Source: Calditrichales bacterium (lineage in GTDB: Bacteria; Calditrichota; Calditrichia; Calditrichales; J004). Taken from it: a DNA stretch of 64,000 nucleotides. Under the pieces are notes generated by a model. That model was not told where the DNA came from, did not search any database, and saw nothing but the letters and a program-made list of their open reading frames with translations. Shown piece after piece: positions 49,327 through 59,161 of the stretch; position 1 is the stretch's first letter; the number at the start of each line of letters is the position of its first letter. The position numbers and the translations under genes are program-made. Where the stretch lies: positions 1,760,001-1,824,000 of the forward strand of contig OZ254086.1 in NCBI GenBank assembly GCA_965267575.1, written 5' to 3'.

Positions 49327-50361
49327 CTACTTGCCCACATCCACATCCGGGCCCCAGATGCGCTGCCACAGTGCGGCCAGAACGCGTTCGCTGTCGCGGA
49401 AGCTGTTGCGGGCCTGCTCTATACTCTGCACATTACCGGAAGCGTCCACGGTGACGGGGTAGGCGAAAACAAAATTACCCTGTTCATTGAGGAAGCCGTC
49501 GGAAACACCAAAGCGCAGATCATTAACCTGGTAGCCGCCGGGGATTTTTTCCACGCTGTACCAGCCGCCGGTAATCTCCAGCAGCCGCGCCACGCGGGGA
49601 TGATTGCGGACGGGATCAAGGATATCGTGGTTTTTGGGGAAGTAGTTAAACTGCACCCGGTCATCATCGTCATCCATAATGGAGCGGTAGCCGATGTAGA
49701 AACCCTCTTCCGTCTCCACGTTAGCCGTCCATAAAATGGAGTTCAACGGGGAGGGACGCGTTTCGAAGCGCAGGTATTCGATGTTCTGGCGCTGCAGGGC
49801 CTGCTCGAATTCCATGCCAATAATGCCTTTGAAAACCAGGGTGAGTACCAGGTAGCTGCTGCTGACAATTAGGCCAATGCGGTTCAGCTTATGCCGCCAC
49901 GGATCTTCCTTACGGCGGAAAGCGGCGGCGATCAGAAAGCCGAGAAAGGGCAGGGTGTAGAGCGGATCAATAACAAAGATGCTGCCCCAGGCAACGCGGT
50001 AATCAAACGGCCAGAATACCTGTGTGCCCCAGGTGGTAAAACAGTCCAGCAGCACGTGGGTGGTCAACCCCAGGAAAAAGAGCAGGCTCCAGTGTTTCCA
50101 TCCGATATCCAGCTTGCGATGCAGACGGTTTACCAGCTTGCCCAAAAGCGGCGAGGCGGCAATCGCAAAGAAAAGCGAATGACTAAGCCCGCGGTGCACT
50201 TCCAGGCGGCCGACCGTGTCCAGAAATTGCCCGGCCAACACATCCAGGTCCGGAATAGTGCCGGCGATAGCACCGTAAAGTATGGCCTTGTTGCCGGCCT
50301 TTTTACCAAGTACGGCCTCGCCAACCGCCGCACCCAGAACTATTTGTGTTAAACTATCCAT
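49327..50361 (-). CDS. Membrane-bound metal-dependent hydrolase (YdjM/YfhP-like)
   Basis: MDSLTQ, PDLD, HRGLSHS, HVLLDCFTTWGT and IFVIDP motifs. Confidence 0.88.
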   Translation of the reverse strand: MDSLTQIVLGAAVGEAVLGKKAGNKAILYGAIAGTIPDLDVLAGQFLDTVGRLEVHRGLSHSLFFAIAASPLLGKLVNRLHRKLDIGWKHWSLLFFLGLTTHVLLDCFTTWGTQVFWPFDYRVAWGSIFVIDPLYTLPFLGFLIAAAFRRKEDPWRHKLNRIGLIVSSSYLVLTLVFKGIIGMEFEQALQRQNIEYLRFETRPSPLNSILWTANVETEEGFYIGYRSIMDDDDDRVQFNYFPKNHDILDPVRNHPRVARLLEITGGWYSVEKIPGGYQVNDLRFGVSDGFLNEQGNFVFAYPVTVDASGNVQSIEQARNSFRDSERVLAALWQRIWGPDVDVGK

Positions 50362-50371
50362 AAATGTTTTA

Positions 50372-50411
50372 TAGTGTTAATGTGCTAAAGTGTTATTGTA
50401 TTAATGTGCTT
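50372..50411 (-). repeat. Octamer array, right arm (inverted relative to 49290-49321)
   Basis: Minus strand reads AAGCACAT TAATACAA TAACACTT TAGCACAT TAACACTA. Confidence 0.75.
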
Positions 50412-50512
50412 TATGCTGATTATGATCTCATTTGAACTGTTTTCGCAACAAAAACCCATCTAAAAATTCCGACAGAAGCTGTAATCAAAAAACCTGTATT
50501 TTCATTCCCGCG

Positions 50513-50552
50513 CAAATTCACAATCCAACAATTCATAAATTCACCAGTTCAG
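50513..50552. repeat. Degenerate octamer array next to the lptD stop
   Basis: CAAATTCA CAATCCAA CAATTCAT AAATTCAC CAGTTCAG. Confidence 0.6.
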
Positions 50553-50556
50553 CGTT

Positions 50557-53214
50557 CTAATAGCGGTCAAACGTGCTGGCGCTTGGGTGCTTGGTCAGCT
50601 TAATGTCTTTCAGGCTGGGATCTTTGATATTGATCTGGAAGCTGTAGTAACCGACAGTCGGTTGCCAGTTAAACGACATCTGCCAGCAGTGCAGGTCGCG
50701 GTAAATGTTAAAACTCTGGTAAACCAGGTCCTTTCGGACGAGGTCAAAATTGGCGCGCCAGCTCACCTTCCAGTTTTCAGTCAGCTTGAAATCGGCGGAG
50801 GTGGAAAGGTTGATCGATTCACGCGGGTCCAGCGGATTCGTTTTAGTAAGAATGTAATTAAGATTGAATGAAACCGACCATGGCAGGTCGATGTTGCTGG
50901 TTTCGCGGATTTCATCGCGCAGGGAAGGCTGGATATCGCGCTGCGTGCTGATGATACCCTCGTTCTCGGCGGATGTTGTATCCGCGGCTGCTTTTTCGTC
51001 TTTATCCTCTTCTTCTTTCTGGAAAAGCGTGTTGTCTACGTTAAAGCCGATCGACGTGTTGAAGGATGTAAGACGCGGCAGAAACTTGCCGGCATCCCAG
51101 AACAGCGTACTGGTTTCCCTGCCCTCTTCATCCACCGTGTAGAGGCTGTAGCGGGCGCTGGCGTTAAGCTGCTTGCCCAGAATAGTCGTCGCGTAGCTGG
51201 CGCTTAATCCGCCCCAGGGCTTTTCTTTATCCTTAAAATTATAGCTCGTGGAAAAATTGGCTTTAAACAAATCCAGCTTGCGTTCTTCGCCTTCTTCGTC
51301 GATCAGCTTGGCCTGAAACAGGTTGTTCAGCCGGATGCCCAGTGTCTGGGATTCCCGCGACGGCGTGCCGCCAAAGGGCGAGCGGCCAAACCGGTCGATC
51401 ATCACTTCATTACCGGCCGAGTCGCGCACGGTTTCGAAATAGCCGTAAGCGGGATCCGAAAAATCGGGATTGTAATTCCAGGAAACGGACGGGTCCATTT
51501 TATGGCGGATAAATTTCAATTCGCCGATGTTGGGTTCGAACAGGCCGTAGACGGTTGTCTTGGCCGATACGCTGGTGTTGAAGGTTCGCCGTATGGCAAA
51601 TTGTTTTTTTTGGCGCCGCTCGATCATGTTGGTCTCTTCGTTCAGCTCGGCGGTTGTCACTTCATCCACCCATGTTTCGGTGTAATTGAGCGACGGATTC
51701 AGGCTGAAATATTTTAACACGCTCTGCGGCGAGTTAAGGCTGAGGTTATGCTGCAATCCGCTGCGTACTTCCTCGTTAAAAGTTGTTGTTCCCGTTGTGT
51801 CGCCCGGAGCCGGATCTACCTCGGTTTTGGAACCCTGGCGCGTAAAACGCGAGCTGTAATTGTAATAGATGTTCTGATACCACGAGCGGCGCGCGCCTAT
51901 ACTCTGCCCGGTAATTGTTTCGTAGATCGTACTTTGCCGTGTGCTGAAATTTATGCTGGGCAAAGTGTAAGATAATTCGTTTGTTTGCAGATTCTGATTG
52001 CTGCTGGCGGAAACATTGAGGCTTGTGCCGCCCTTAAAGCGCTTGCTGATGTTAAGGTTGGAAGTGATGTTCTGGCGCAAACGGTCGTTAAAACTGGGCG
52101 ATGTCTGTCGTAGCAGGGTCTGGTCACTCTGGAAACTGCCGGAACCGCTTATGCGCAATGTCGGGTCTATCTCCTGGTTGTGATTGAAGTTGAAACGCCA
52201 GCGTTCGCGGCGCTGCCCCGTGGCCGGATCGCGAGGGTAATATTGCCCGGAGATGCGCCCGTTCAGCAGATAACGCACATTGTAGCGCACCTGCCCTTCC
52301 CAGGTCAGACCGATTTTGTCGTAGTAGGTTGTCTGCAGGGCAGCATCAAAATAGTCGTTGGGTGCCCAGTAGTAGCCCAGCCCGTCCAGGAAACGCCCGG
52401 CGACGCGGCTTTCACCGTAGCTTGGGATAATGATGCCCGAGCTGCGACCGCCCTTGCTTGGAAAAACGCCAAAAGGAAAAACGCCCAGCGGGATGTCGGC
52501 GATATAAAAATAGATCGGCTTGGCCACCACCTTGTCGCGCATCTTAAGGCGCATTTTGTCGCTTTTAAAATAGTAATGGGGATCGTTGGGCAGGTCGCAG
52601 GTGGTAAAAAATCCCTGTTCCACCAGCAGCGTGCTGTCGGCAATTTTGTAGACATCCGTGCCTTTGTAATAGCCAGGCGGCATCTCCGTCCGCCCCACGT
52701 CGATCTTGCCGCGTTTTGTCTTAAAGTCGTACTCGATACGCTCACCGTACATGGGTTCGCGGCCTTTTTCATCGAGCACCGGCGCGCCTTTAAAGATCGT
52801 ATTCCCTTTGGCGTCCACGGAGTCGGGCGTGCCGCGGGCGTATAGCATACCCTTTTCCTGGTCAATGGTGATGTTATCGGCGGTGAGGGTCAGGTTTTGA
52901 TAGGTGATTTTGGCGTTGCCGCGCAGGTAAATGCGGTTACCGTCCACGCTGATACTGATACGATCGGCCGAATGGGGTATTTTGTCGGTGAAGACGCTGC
53001 CGCCGCCCGGCGCGGATGTATCTGCCAAAGCCGTTGCCGCTGCCGGCTGTACGAGTGAATCCGGTGGTGCAACGATACTGTCCGGCGGGGCCTCGCCCGT
53101 AGTCTGTGCGATAAGACGGGCCAGCGGCAGGCACATCAGGATCAGGGAAAGTGTAATGCCGCGGGAAAACCAGGCCGCCGGCGGTTGTTCGAAATCAGGA
53201 AGCCTTTTTACCAC
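50557..53214 (-). CDS. lptD: Putative LPS assembly protein LptD (FCB type)
   Basis: OstA-like N-domain, FTTCD, GYYWA, RDLHCW; large beta-barrel. Probable GTG start at 53214 overlapping the end of rnr. Confidence 0.8.
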   Translation of the reverse strand: MVKRLPDFEQPPAAWFSRGITLSLILMCLPLARLIAQTTGEAPPDSIVAPPDSLVQPAAATALADTSAPGGGSVFTDKIPHSADRISISVDGNRIYLRGNAKITYQNLTLTADNITIDQEKGMLYARGTPDSVDAKGNTIFKGAPVLDEKGREPMYGERIEYDFKTKRGKIDVGRTEMPPGYYKGTDVYKIADSTLLVEQGFFTTCDLPNDPHYYFKSDKMRLKMRDKVVAKPIYFYIADIPLGVFPFGVFPSKGGRSSGIIIPSYGESRVAGRFLDGLGYYWAPNDYFDAALQTTYYDKIGLTWEGQVRYNVRYLLNGRISGQYYPRDPATGQRRERWRFNFNHNQEIDPTLRISGSGSFQSDQTLLRQTSPSFNDRLRQNITSNLNISKRFKGGTSLNVSASSNQNLQTNELSYTLPSINFSTRQSTIYETITGQSIGARRSWYQNIYYNYSSRFTRQGSKTEVDPAPGDTTGTTTFNEEVRSGLQHNLSLNSPQSVLKYFSLNPSLNYTETWVDEVTTAELNEETNMIERRQKKQFAIRRTFNTSVSAKTTVYGLFEPNIGELKFIRHKMDPSVSWNYNPDFSDPAYGYFETVRDSAGNEVMIDRFGRSPFGGTPSRESQTLGIRLNNLFQAKLIDEEGEERKLDLFKANFSTSYNFKDKEKPWGGLSASYATTILGKQLNASARYSLYTVDEEGRETSTLFWDAGKFLPRLTSFNTSIGFNVDNTLFQKEEEDKDEKAAADTTSAENEGIISTQRDIQPSLRDEIRETSNIDLPWSVSFNLNYILTKTNPLDPRESINLSTSADFKLTENWKVSWRANFDLVRKDLVYQSFNIYRDLHCWQMSFNWQPTVGYYSFQINIKDPSLKDIKLTKHPSASTFDRY

Positions 53215-55444
53215 GTTTGCGCTTTTTTCCGCCTTTGGGTTTAGGTGCTTCCTCTGCCTTCTCTTTTTTATTGTCCCCTTCAAAATCCGGATCTTCCAGC
53301 AGCTTAAAGTTGATTTCGCGTTTTTCCAGGTTAACGCCTTCCACGCGGATTTCCACGCGGTCGCCCAAACGGATGTGACGTCCGCTATGTTTACCCGTCA
53401 TCGAATAGGTTGTTTCGTCATAAATATAAAAATCATCGGTCATATTGGTCATTTGGACAAGACCTTCGATGTAGTTTTCCTCGATTTCTACAAATATGCC
53501 AAATGAGGTTACGCCGGAGATAAAACCATGAAACGTATCACCAATGTGTTTCTGAATGTATTCACACTGTTTCAGCTTTATGGATTCGCGCTCCGCTTCA
53601 ACGGCAAGGCGTTCCCGCTTGCTGCAGTGCTCGGCTGTCTGCTTGATTTCCTTGTTCAGTGCCTTAGGGTCCTTCATATCGTTTTTGGCATACATGCGCA
53701 GCAGGCGGTGTACAACCAGGTCAGGGTAGCGGCGTATCGGTGAAGTGAAATGCGTATAATCGTCAAAGCACAATCCAAAGTGACCAATATTTTGCTCGGA
53801 ATAAACCGCTTTCATCATCGAGCGCAACGCCACCTCTTCAATGATCGTCTCTTCGGGGGTGCCCGAAATTGATTCCAGCACGCCCTGCATCCATTTGGAT
53901 GTGACGCGTTTAACGGGTTTAAATTTTACATTCAGCGCCTTTAAAAAGTTGAAGAATTTGGACATCTTTTCTTCATCCGGCTTTTCGTGCACGCGGTAAA
54001 GAAAAGGCAGTGTGCGGCCTTTATTGGGGCTGATATTTCGGACATGTCTGGCTACAGTTTTGTTGGCCATCAGCATAAATTCCTCCACCAGGCGGTGGGC
54101 CAGCAGCCTCTTTTTTGGAATTACATCGACAGGCTGCCCCTTTTTATCCAAAACAAAGCGCACTTCGGGCGTCTCAAAATCAATGCTGCCCTGGGCGAAG
54201 CGCTGCTGCGTGAGACGCTTGCTCAACGCAAACATGCGGTTGATGATCTCCAGGTACGGGTCCTTTTTCTGCTGATCATAGATTTCCTGGAATTCCTCAT
54301 AGTTGTAGCGCCGGCGGCTGTGAATAATCGACGGGCTGATTGTATAATCCACCACATTCAGGTCTTTGTCGATCTCCATCAGGCAGCTGAAGGAGAGCCT
54401 GTCTTCTTTGGGCCGCAGGCTGCAGAGGTTGTTGGAGAGTCTTTCCGGCAGCATCGGGATTACGCGATCCACGAGGTAAACGCTGGTGCCGCGGTCGTAG
54501 GCTTCCTTGTCCATTTTGGTTTTAGGCTGCACAAAATGGCCCACGTCGGCGATATGCACGCCCAGACGCACATGGCCGTTGTCCAGCTCTTCCAGCGAAA
54601 CGGCATCATCAAAATCGCGCGCGTCCACCGGGTCGATCGTAAAACAGGTCAGATCGCGTAAGTCCAGGCGTCCCTGCAGGTCTTTTCCGCCGATACGGCC
54701 ATCGATCTGCTCGGCCTCTTTTTCAATCTCCTTGCCGAATTTAACCGGCAGGTTGTAGCTGTATGCCACGGAAACCACATCCACGCCGGGATCACCTGGA
54801 TCGCCAAGCACATCAACAATACGTCCTTCCGGGTTGTGCTGGTCGCTGTCCCATTTCTCAAATTCCACAAGCACTTTCTGGCCGTCTTTGGCATTCAGAT
54901 TATGCTCGCGGTTTACAACGATGTCACGGTAGATCTTGGGTGAATCGGGAATGACGTAGCTGTAATATTCGGTTTGGCGGTAGGTACCGACGATGTTGCT
55001 GCGGAAGCGGCTGACCACGCGCGTTACAAATCCCTCCGTGCGTTTACCGCTGCTGGAGGCGTAAAGCTGCACCTCAACGACGTCACGATCGAACGCCGTG
55101 TTGAGATTATCACGGGCAATGAAGATGTCGTCGTCCAGCCCCTCCACGCTCACAAAGCCATAACCGGCACGGGCCGTGGAAAGTTCACCGGTGAGCCGCG
55201 ATATTTTCTGATACATGTAGTTGTGGCCCTTGGTGCGCTTAATGCGTCCGTCCCTGACCAGCTCGTTCAGCGAGTTCTCGAATATGGCGTATTCGGATTT
55301 CTTGATATTCAGAAAATGGCTTATCTGTTTGCGGGGCAGCGGTTGACCCGGGTTCTTTTTGAGAATACCGACAATTTTGCGTTGCAGCGATTGTGAAATC
55401 CTGTTATCGGGTTTTCCGCTTTGGTTTTTGTTCTTTTTAGACAT
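53195..55444 (-). CDS. rnr: Ribonuclease R
   Basis: TIDPVDARDFDDA, HFTSPIRRYPD, cold-shock and S1 domains, basic tail. Confidence 0.95.
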   Translation of the reverse strand: MSKKNKNQSGKPDNRISQSLQRKIVGILKKNPGQPLPRKQISHFLNIKKSEYAIFENSLNELVRDGRIKRTKGHNYMYQKISRLTGELSTARAGYGFVSVEGLDDDIFIARDNLNTAFDRDVVEVQLYASSSGKRTEGFVTRVVSRFRSNIVGTYRQTEYYSYVIPDSPKIYRDIVVNREHNLNAKDGQKVLVEFEKWDSDQHNPEGRIVDVLGDPGDPGVDVVSVAYSYNLPVKFGKEIEKEAEQIDGRIGGKDLQGRLDLRDLTCFTIDPVDARDFDDAVSLEELDNGHVRLGVHIADVGHFVQPKTKMDKEAYDRGTSVYLVDRVIPMLPERLSNNLCSLRPKEDRLSFSCLMEIDKDLNVVDYTISPSIIHSRRRYNYEEFQEIYDQQKKDPYLEIINRMFALSKRLTQQRFAQGSIDFETPEVRFVLDKKGQPVDVIPKKRLLAHRLVEEFMLMANKTVARHVRNISPNKGRTLPFLYRVHEKPDEEKMSKFFNFLKALNVKFKPVKRVTSKWMQGVLESISGTPEETIIEEVALRSMMKAVYSEQNIGHFGLCFDDYTHFTSPIRRYPDLVVHRLLRMYAKNDMKDPKALNKEIKQTAEHCSKRERLAVEAERESIKLKQCEYIQKHIGDTFHGFISGVTSFGIFVEIEENYIEGLVQMTNMTDDFYIYDETTYSMTGKHSGRHIRLGDRVEIRVEGVNLEKREINFKLLEDPDFEGDNKKEKAEEAPKPKGGKKRKRGKKAS

Positions 55445-55463
55445 AAAGATCTTTCGTTTGATT

Positions 55464-56345
55464 CTACTTAAAATGTATTGATAAGACCCGGGGAATATCG
55501 TTCAGGTCGTTGATGGCAGTTACTTGCAGGTTATGGCGTTCTGCGGCCAGTTTTATTATCCGTTGCGGTTGCGAGCCGCTCATTTCCAGGAACAGGTACT
55601 CTGTTTGCAGCGCTCCGCCGGAGAAAAGCTCGAATATTTTTTTATAAAAGCGCAAACCGTCCTCACCGTCAGTAAGAGCTTCACGCGGTTCGAATTCCGC
55701 CACCTCCGGCTGCAGATTGTTCATCTCCGCGGCGGCGATGTAGGGCGGGTTGGAGACAACAATATCATATTGCGCGGGTAAACGCTCATCGGGCCAGGCC
55801 GAAAACAGGTCCTTGCGGATAAAATGTCCTGCTTCTTCGCTCAGCCGGTTTTGCCGGGCGTTTTTGGCGGCTGTTTCCAGGGCGCCCTCAGAGCAATCGA
55901 TGGCGTAGAATTCGCTGCCCGGCCAGTGATGCGCCAGGCTAACCGGAATACAGCCGCTCCCTGTTCCGATATCCAGCAGGCGCGGGGCTTTGCCGTTGTA
56001 GGCGGAACGCAGCTTCAGCACTTCCTCGCACAGAACTTCCGTTTCCGGACGCGGGATAAGCACATGGGGGTTAACCTGAAAAGGCAGACCCATAAATTCC
56101 GTTTCACCAAGGATGTATTGCAGGGGTTCATGTTTGGAGCGGCGTGCGATGAGGCGGCGGTAGCGGTCCAGCTCCGGCTCCGTAAGCGGCCTTTCAAAAT
56201 GAACGTAGAGCTGAACGCGGCTCAGGCCCAGCACGTGTCCCAGCAGGCGTTCGGCATTAAGCCGGGCGTTTTCTATGTTTTTATTTTTGAGATAATCCGC
56301 CGTGGTATTAAGCAGATCGATGACTTTCCATTGTTTATCAGGCAT
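55464..56345 (-). CDS. prmC: Release factor glutamine methyltransferase
   Basis: EPLQYILG, LIPRPETE, DIGTGSG and SNPPY motifs. Confidence 0.95.
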   Translation of the reverse strand: MPDKQWKVIDLLNTTADYLKNKNIENARLNAERLLGHVLGLSRVQLYVHFERPLTEPELDRYRRLIARRSKHEPLQYILGETEFMGLPFQVNPHVLIPRPETEVLCEEVLKLRSAYNGKAPRLLDIGTGSGCIPVSLAHHWPGSEFYAIDCSEGALETAAKNARQNRLSEEAGHFIRKDLFSAWPDERLPAQYDIVVSNPPYIAAAEMNNLQPEVAEFEPREALTDGEDGLRFYKKIFELFSGGALQTEYLFLEMSGSQPQRIIKLAAERHNLQVTAINDLNDIPRVLSIHFK

Positions 56346-56448
56346 AACGTCTGTTTCAGTTTAATAGAGCAATATAAAGAAAAATGTGCAATGAATGAAG
56401 CCGGGCGAATCGCAGCTGCTTAATGCGGCGGCAATCAGCAGATCTGTC

Positions 56449-56476
56449 TTGCAAATAAATTCTGTTTCAGTAAATT
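56449..56476 (+). promoter_or_regulatory. Sigma70-like promoter of tex
   Basis: TTGCAA-16 bp-TAAATT, similar to the metG promoter. Confidence 0.5.
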
Positions 56477-56524
56477 TTCCTGCTCGGTTAGCAACAAGAT
56501 TTAATATGATCGATGAGGATGTCT

Positions 56525-58684
56525 ATGAACGAACATACAATGTTTCAGATAATCGCTGAAGAGCTAAAGCTACGCGCCATCCAGGTGAAGAATACGGTTG
56601 ACATGCTTGATGCCGGGAACACGGTCCCTTTTATTGCCCGTTACCGCAAGGAGGCCACCGGTTCCATGGACGAAGAGCAAATCCGCGCCGTGGAGGAACG
56701 CGTCAATTACCTGCGCGCGCTGGAGGCCCGCAAGGAGACCATTCTCAAATCGATCGAGGAACAGGGCAAGCTTACGCCGGAGTTGAAGGAGCGTATTGAA
56801 GCCTGTGCCAAAATGCAGGAGCTGGAAGATCTCTATTTGCCCTATAAGCCCAAAAAACGCACCCGCGCCACCGTGGCCAAAGAGCGCGGTTTGGAGCCTT
56901 TGGCAAAAACCATCCTGGCGCAGGAGCTAACCGGGGGTGACGTAAACGCAATCGCCGCCGGATACGTTGACGCTGAAAAAGAGGTGAACAGCGCCGAAGA
57001 AGCGTTGCAGGGAGCGCGTGACATCATTGCCGAGATGATCAGTGAAGATGCCGATGTGCGCGCCGATGTACGTGAGCTGACTTTTGATAAGGGCCTGATC
57101 GAATCGAGCGCCAAAAAAGTGCAGGAGCGCACGCCGTTTGAAGATTATTATGAATACAGCGAAGCGCTTAAAAAGATTGTGCCGCACAGGGTTCTGGCCC
57201 TCAACCGCGGGGAAAAGGAAGGCGTGCTTAAGGTGGCCATCGATGTGGACAACCGGCTGATTCTCAATGCCATTGAACGGCGCTATTTTAAAAACAAGGA
57301 TTCCATTTTTCTGGAACAGATGCAGCAGGCCATCGCCGACTCCTACAGCCGGCTTATCGCGCCGAGCATTGCCCGCGAAGTACGCCACACGCTGACCGAC
57401 AAAGCCGACGAGCATGCCATCACCGTTTTTGCCGAAAACCTTAAGAATTTGCTACTACAGCCACCCATCCGCGGCAAGATGATCATGGGCATTGACCCGG
57501 GCTACCGTACCGGCTCCAAGGTGGCGGTCATCGATCCGACCGCCAAGTACCTGGAGGGCACAACCATTTACCCCCACCCGCCACAAGATGAATACATGAA
57601 GTCCAAATCAATCATCCGTGGGATGGTGGATAAATACGACGTGGATATAATTGCCATCGGCAACGGCACCGCCAGCCGCGAAACCGAGCAGATGATCGCC
57701 GAGCTGATCTCCGAGATGAAAAACGAACGCACGTTGCACTATATCATCGTTAATGAGGCCGGGGCTTCTGTTTACTCCGCCTCCAAGGTGGCGCGCGAAG
57801 AGTTCCCCGATCTGGATGCCAGCATGCGCGGGAATATCTCCATCGCCCGCCGCCTGCTGGACCCGCTGGCCGAGCTGGTGAAAATAGACCCCAAGAGCAT
57901 TGGCGTCGGCTTGTACCAGCATGATGTAAATCAGCGGCGCCTGGCTGAAACGCTGGGCTTTGTTGTGGAAAGCTGCGTAAACAGCGTCGGCATCAATCTT
58001 AACACGGCTTCGGCTTCGCTGCTGCGCCACGTTTCCGGGTTGACCAGCCGCACGGCGCAAAACATCATTAAGCACCGCGATGAGAACGGGCCGTTCAACA
58101 GCCGTGATCAGCTTAAGAGCGTGGACGGCATTGGCGAGATTGCCTTTGAGCAGGCCGCCGGTTTCCTGCGTATCCCTGATGCCGACAATCCACTGGACAA
58201 CACCTCTATTCACCCGGAATCGTATCCGGCAACGCAGAAACTGCTGCAGCGCTTTGATATAAAAGACGCGCGCAGGGAAGGGCATGAGCTGAAGCGCAAG
58301 GTGGCGCAGGCCGAGTTGAAGGAGCTACTCGATGAGCTGGGCATCGGCGAACCGACATTCAAGGATATTCTTGAAAACCTGGAAAAACCGGGCCTCGACC
58401 CGCGTGACGATCTGCCCAAGCCGTTGTTTAAAAGCGACGTGCTGAAAATGGAAGACCTGAAGGAGGGAATGACGCTGAAAGGCACCGTGCGCAACGTGGT
58501 CGATTTTGGCGCCTTTGTGGATATCGGCGTAAAGCAGGACGGCCTGGTGCATGTGAGCCAACTGGCCGACCGCTATGTAAAAAATCCCCACGAAATTGTT
58601 TCCGTTGGAGATGTTGTGGAAGTACGCGTGGTTTCAATCGATCTGGATCGCGGTCGCATCGGCTTGTCGATGCGAAAAGGCTAA
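56525..58684 (+). CDS. tex: Tex family RNA-binding transcriptional accessory protein
   Basis: TVPFIARYRKE, GIDPGYRTG, GNGTASRET, EAGASVYSAS, C-terminal S1 domain. Confidence 0.94.
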   Translation: MNEHTMFQIIAEELKLRAIQVKNTVDMLDAGNTVPFIARYRKEATGSMDEEQIRAVEERVNYLRALEARKETILKSIEEQGKLTPELKERIEACAKMQELEDLYLPYKPKKRTRATVAKERGLEPLAKTILAQELTGGDVNAIAAGYVDAEKEVNSAEEALQGARDIIAEMISEDADVRADVRELTFDKGLIESSAKKVQERTPFEDYYEYSEALKKIVPHRVLALNRGEKEGVLKVAIDVDNRLILNAIERRYFKNKDSIFLEQMQQAIADSYSRLIAPSIAREVRHTLTDKADEHAITVFAENLKNLLLQPPIRGKMIMGIDPGYRTGSKVAVIDPTAKYLEGTTIYPHPPQDEYMKSKSIIRGMVDKYDVDIIAIGNGTASRETEQMIAELISEMKNERTLHYIIVNEAGASVYSASKVAREEFPDLDASMRGNISIARRLLDPLAELVKIDPKSIGVGLYQHDVNQRRLAETLGFVVESCVNSVGINLNTASASLLRHVSGLTSRTAQNIIKHRDENGPFNSRDQLKSVDGIGEIAFEQAAGFLRIPDADNPLDNTSIHPESYPATQKLLQRFDIKDARREGHELKRKVAQAELKELLDELGIGEPTFKDILENLEKPGLDPRDDLPKPLFKSDVLKMEDLKEGMTLKGTVRNVVDFGAFVDIGVKQDGLVHVSQLADRYVKNPHEIVSVGDVVEVRVVSIDLDRGRIGLSMRKG

Positions 58685-59052
58685 TCCAGATTTAAAAGCT
58701 GAGAAACGTCGTCTTTTAGCTTCATGATCGTAAATGGCTTCTTGAGAAACATGTTTTTTTCAGGAAGCTCCAGATCGCTGAAGTCGCTTTCGTCGTCAAA
58801 TCCGGACATGAAGATCACCGGGCATTGCGGCATCATGGCATGCAGCTGTCGGTAAGTGTCTTCGCCGCTCATCACGGGCATGTTCATATCAAGCATTATA
58901 AGATCGATACGGCCTTTATTTTCCGCGGCCAAAGCCAGTGCTTCGTCACCGTCCCCGGCCTGCAGGCATTCAATATCGATCAGCTTCATCACTTCGTTAA
59001 TAATATTGCGAAGCGGCGCCTCGTCGTCTACAACCAGCGCTCGAAGTGCCAT
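58681..59052 (-). CDS. Single-domain response regulator
   Basis: VVDDE, LDMNMP, MSG and KPF motifs. Confidence 0.9.
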   Translation of the reverse strand: MALRALVVDDEAPLRNIINEVMKLIDIECLQAGDGDEALALAAENKGRIDLIMLDMNMPVMSGEDTYRQLHAMMPQCPVIFMSGFDDESDFSDLELPEKNMFLKKPFTIMKLKDDVSQLLNLD

Positions 59053-59161
59053 TTACAATCCCCTTGTTTAAGCCATAGTTTTGTTTGGATAATTCTAAAT
59101 CTCTATCTTCTGTGAAAGATACCCATTAACGGATATAACGGCAATTTCTCAAGGATCAGAT

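Noticed and set aside
53215..53283. N-terminal extension of LptD in the ORF track
   Set aside because: Lies within the rnr 3' end; the GTG at 53214 gives a more plausible signal peptide.
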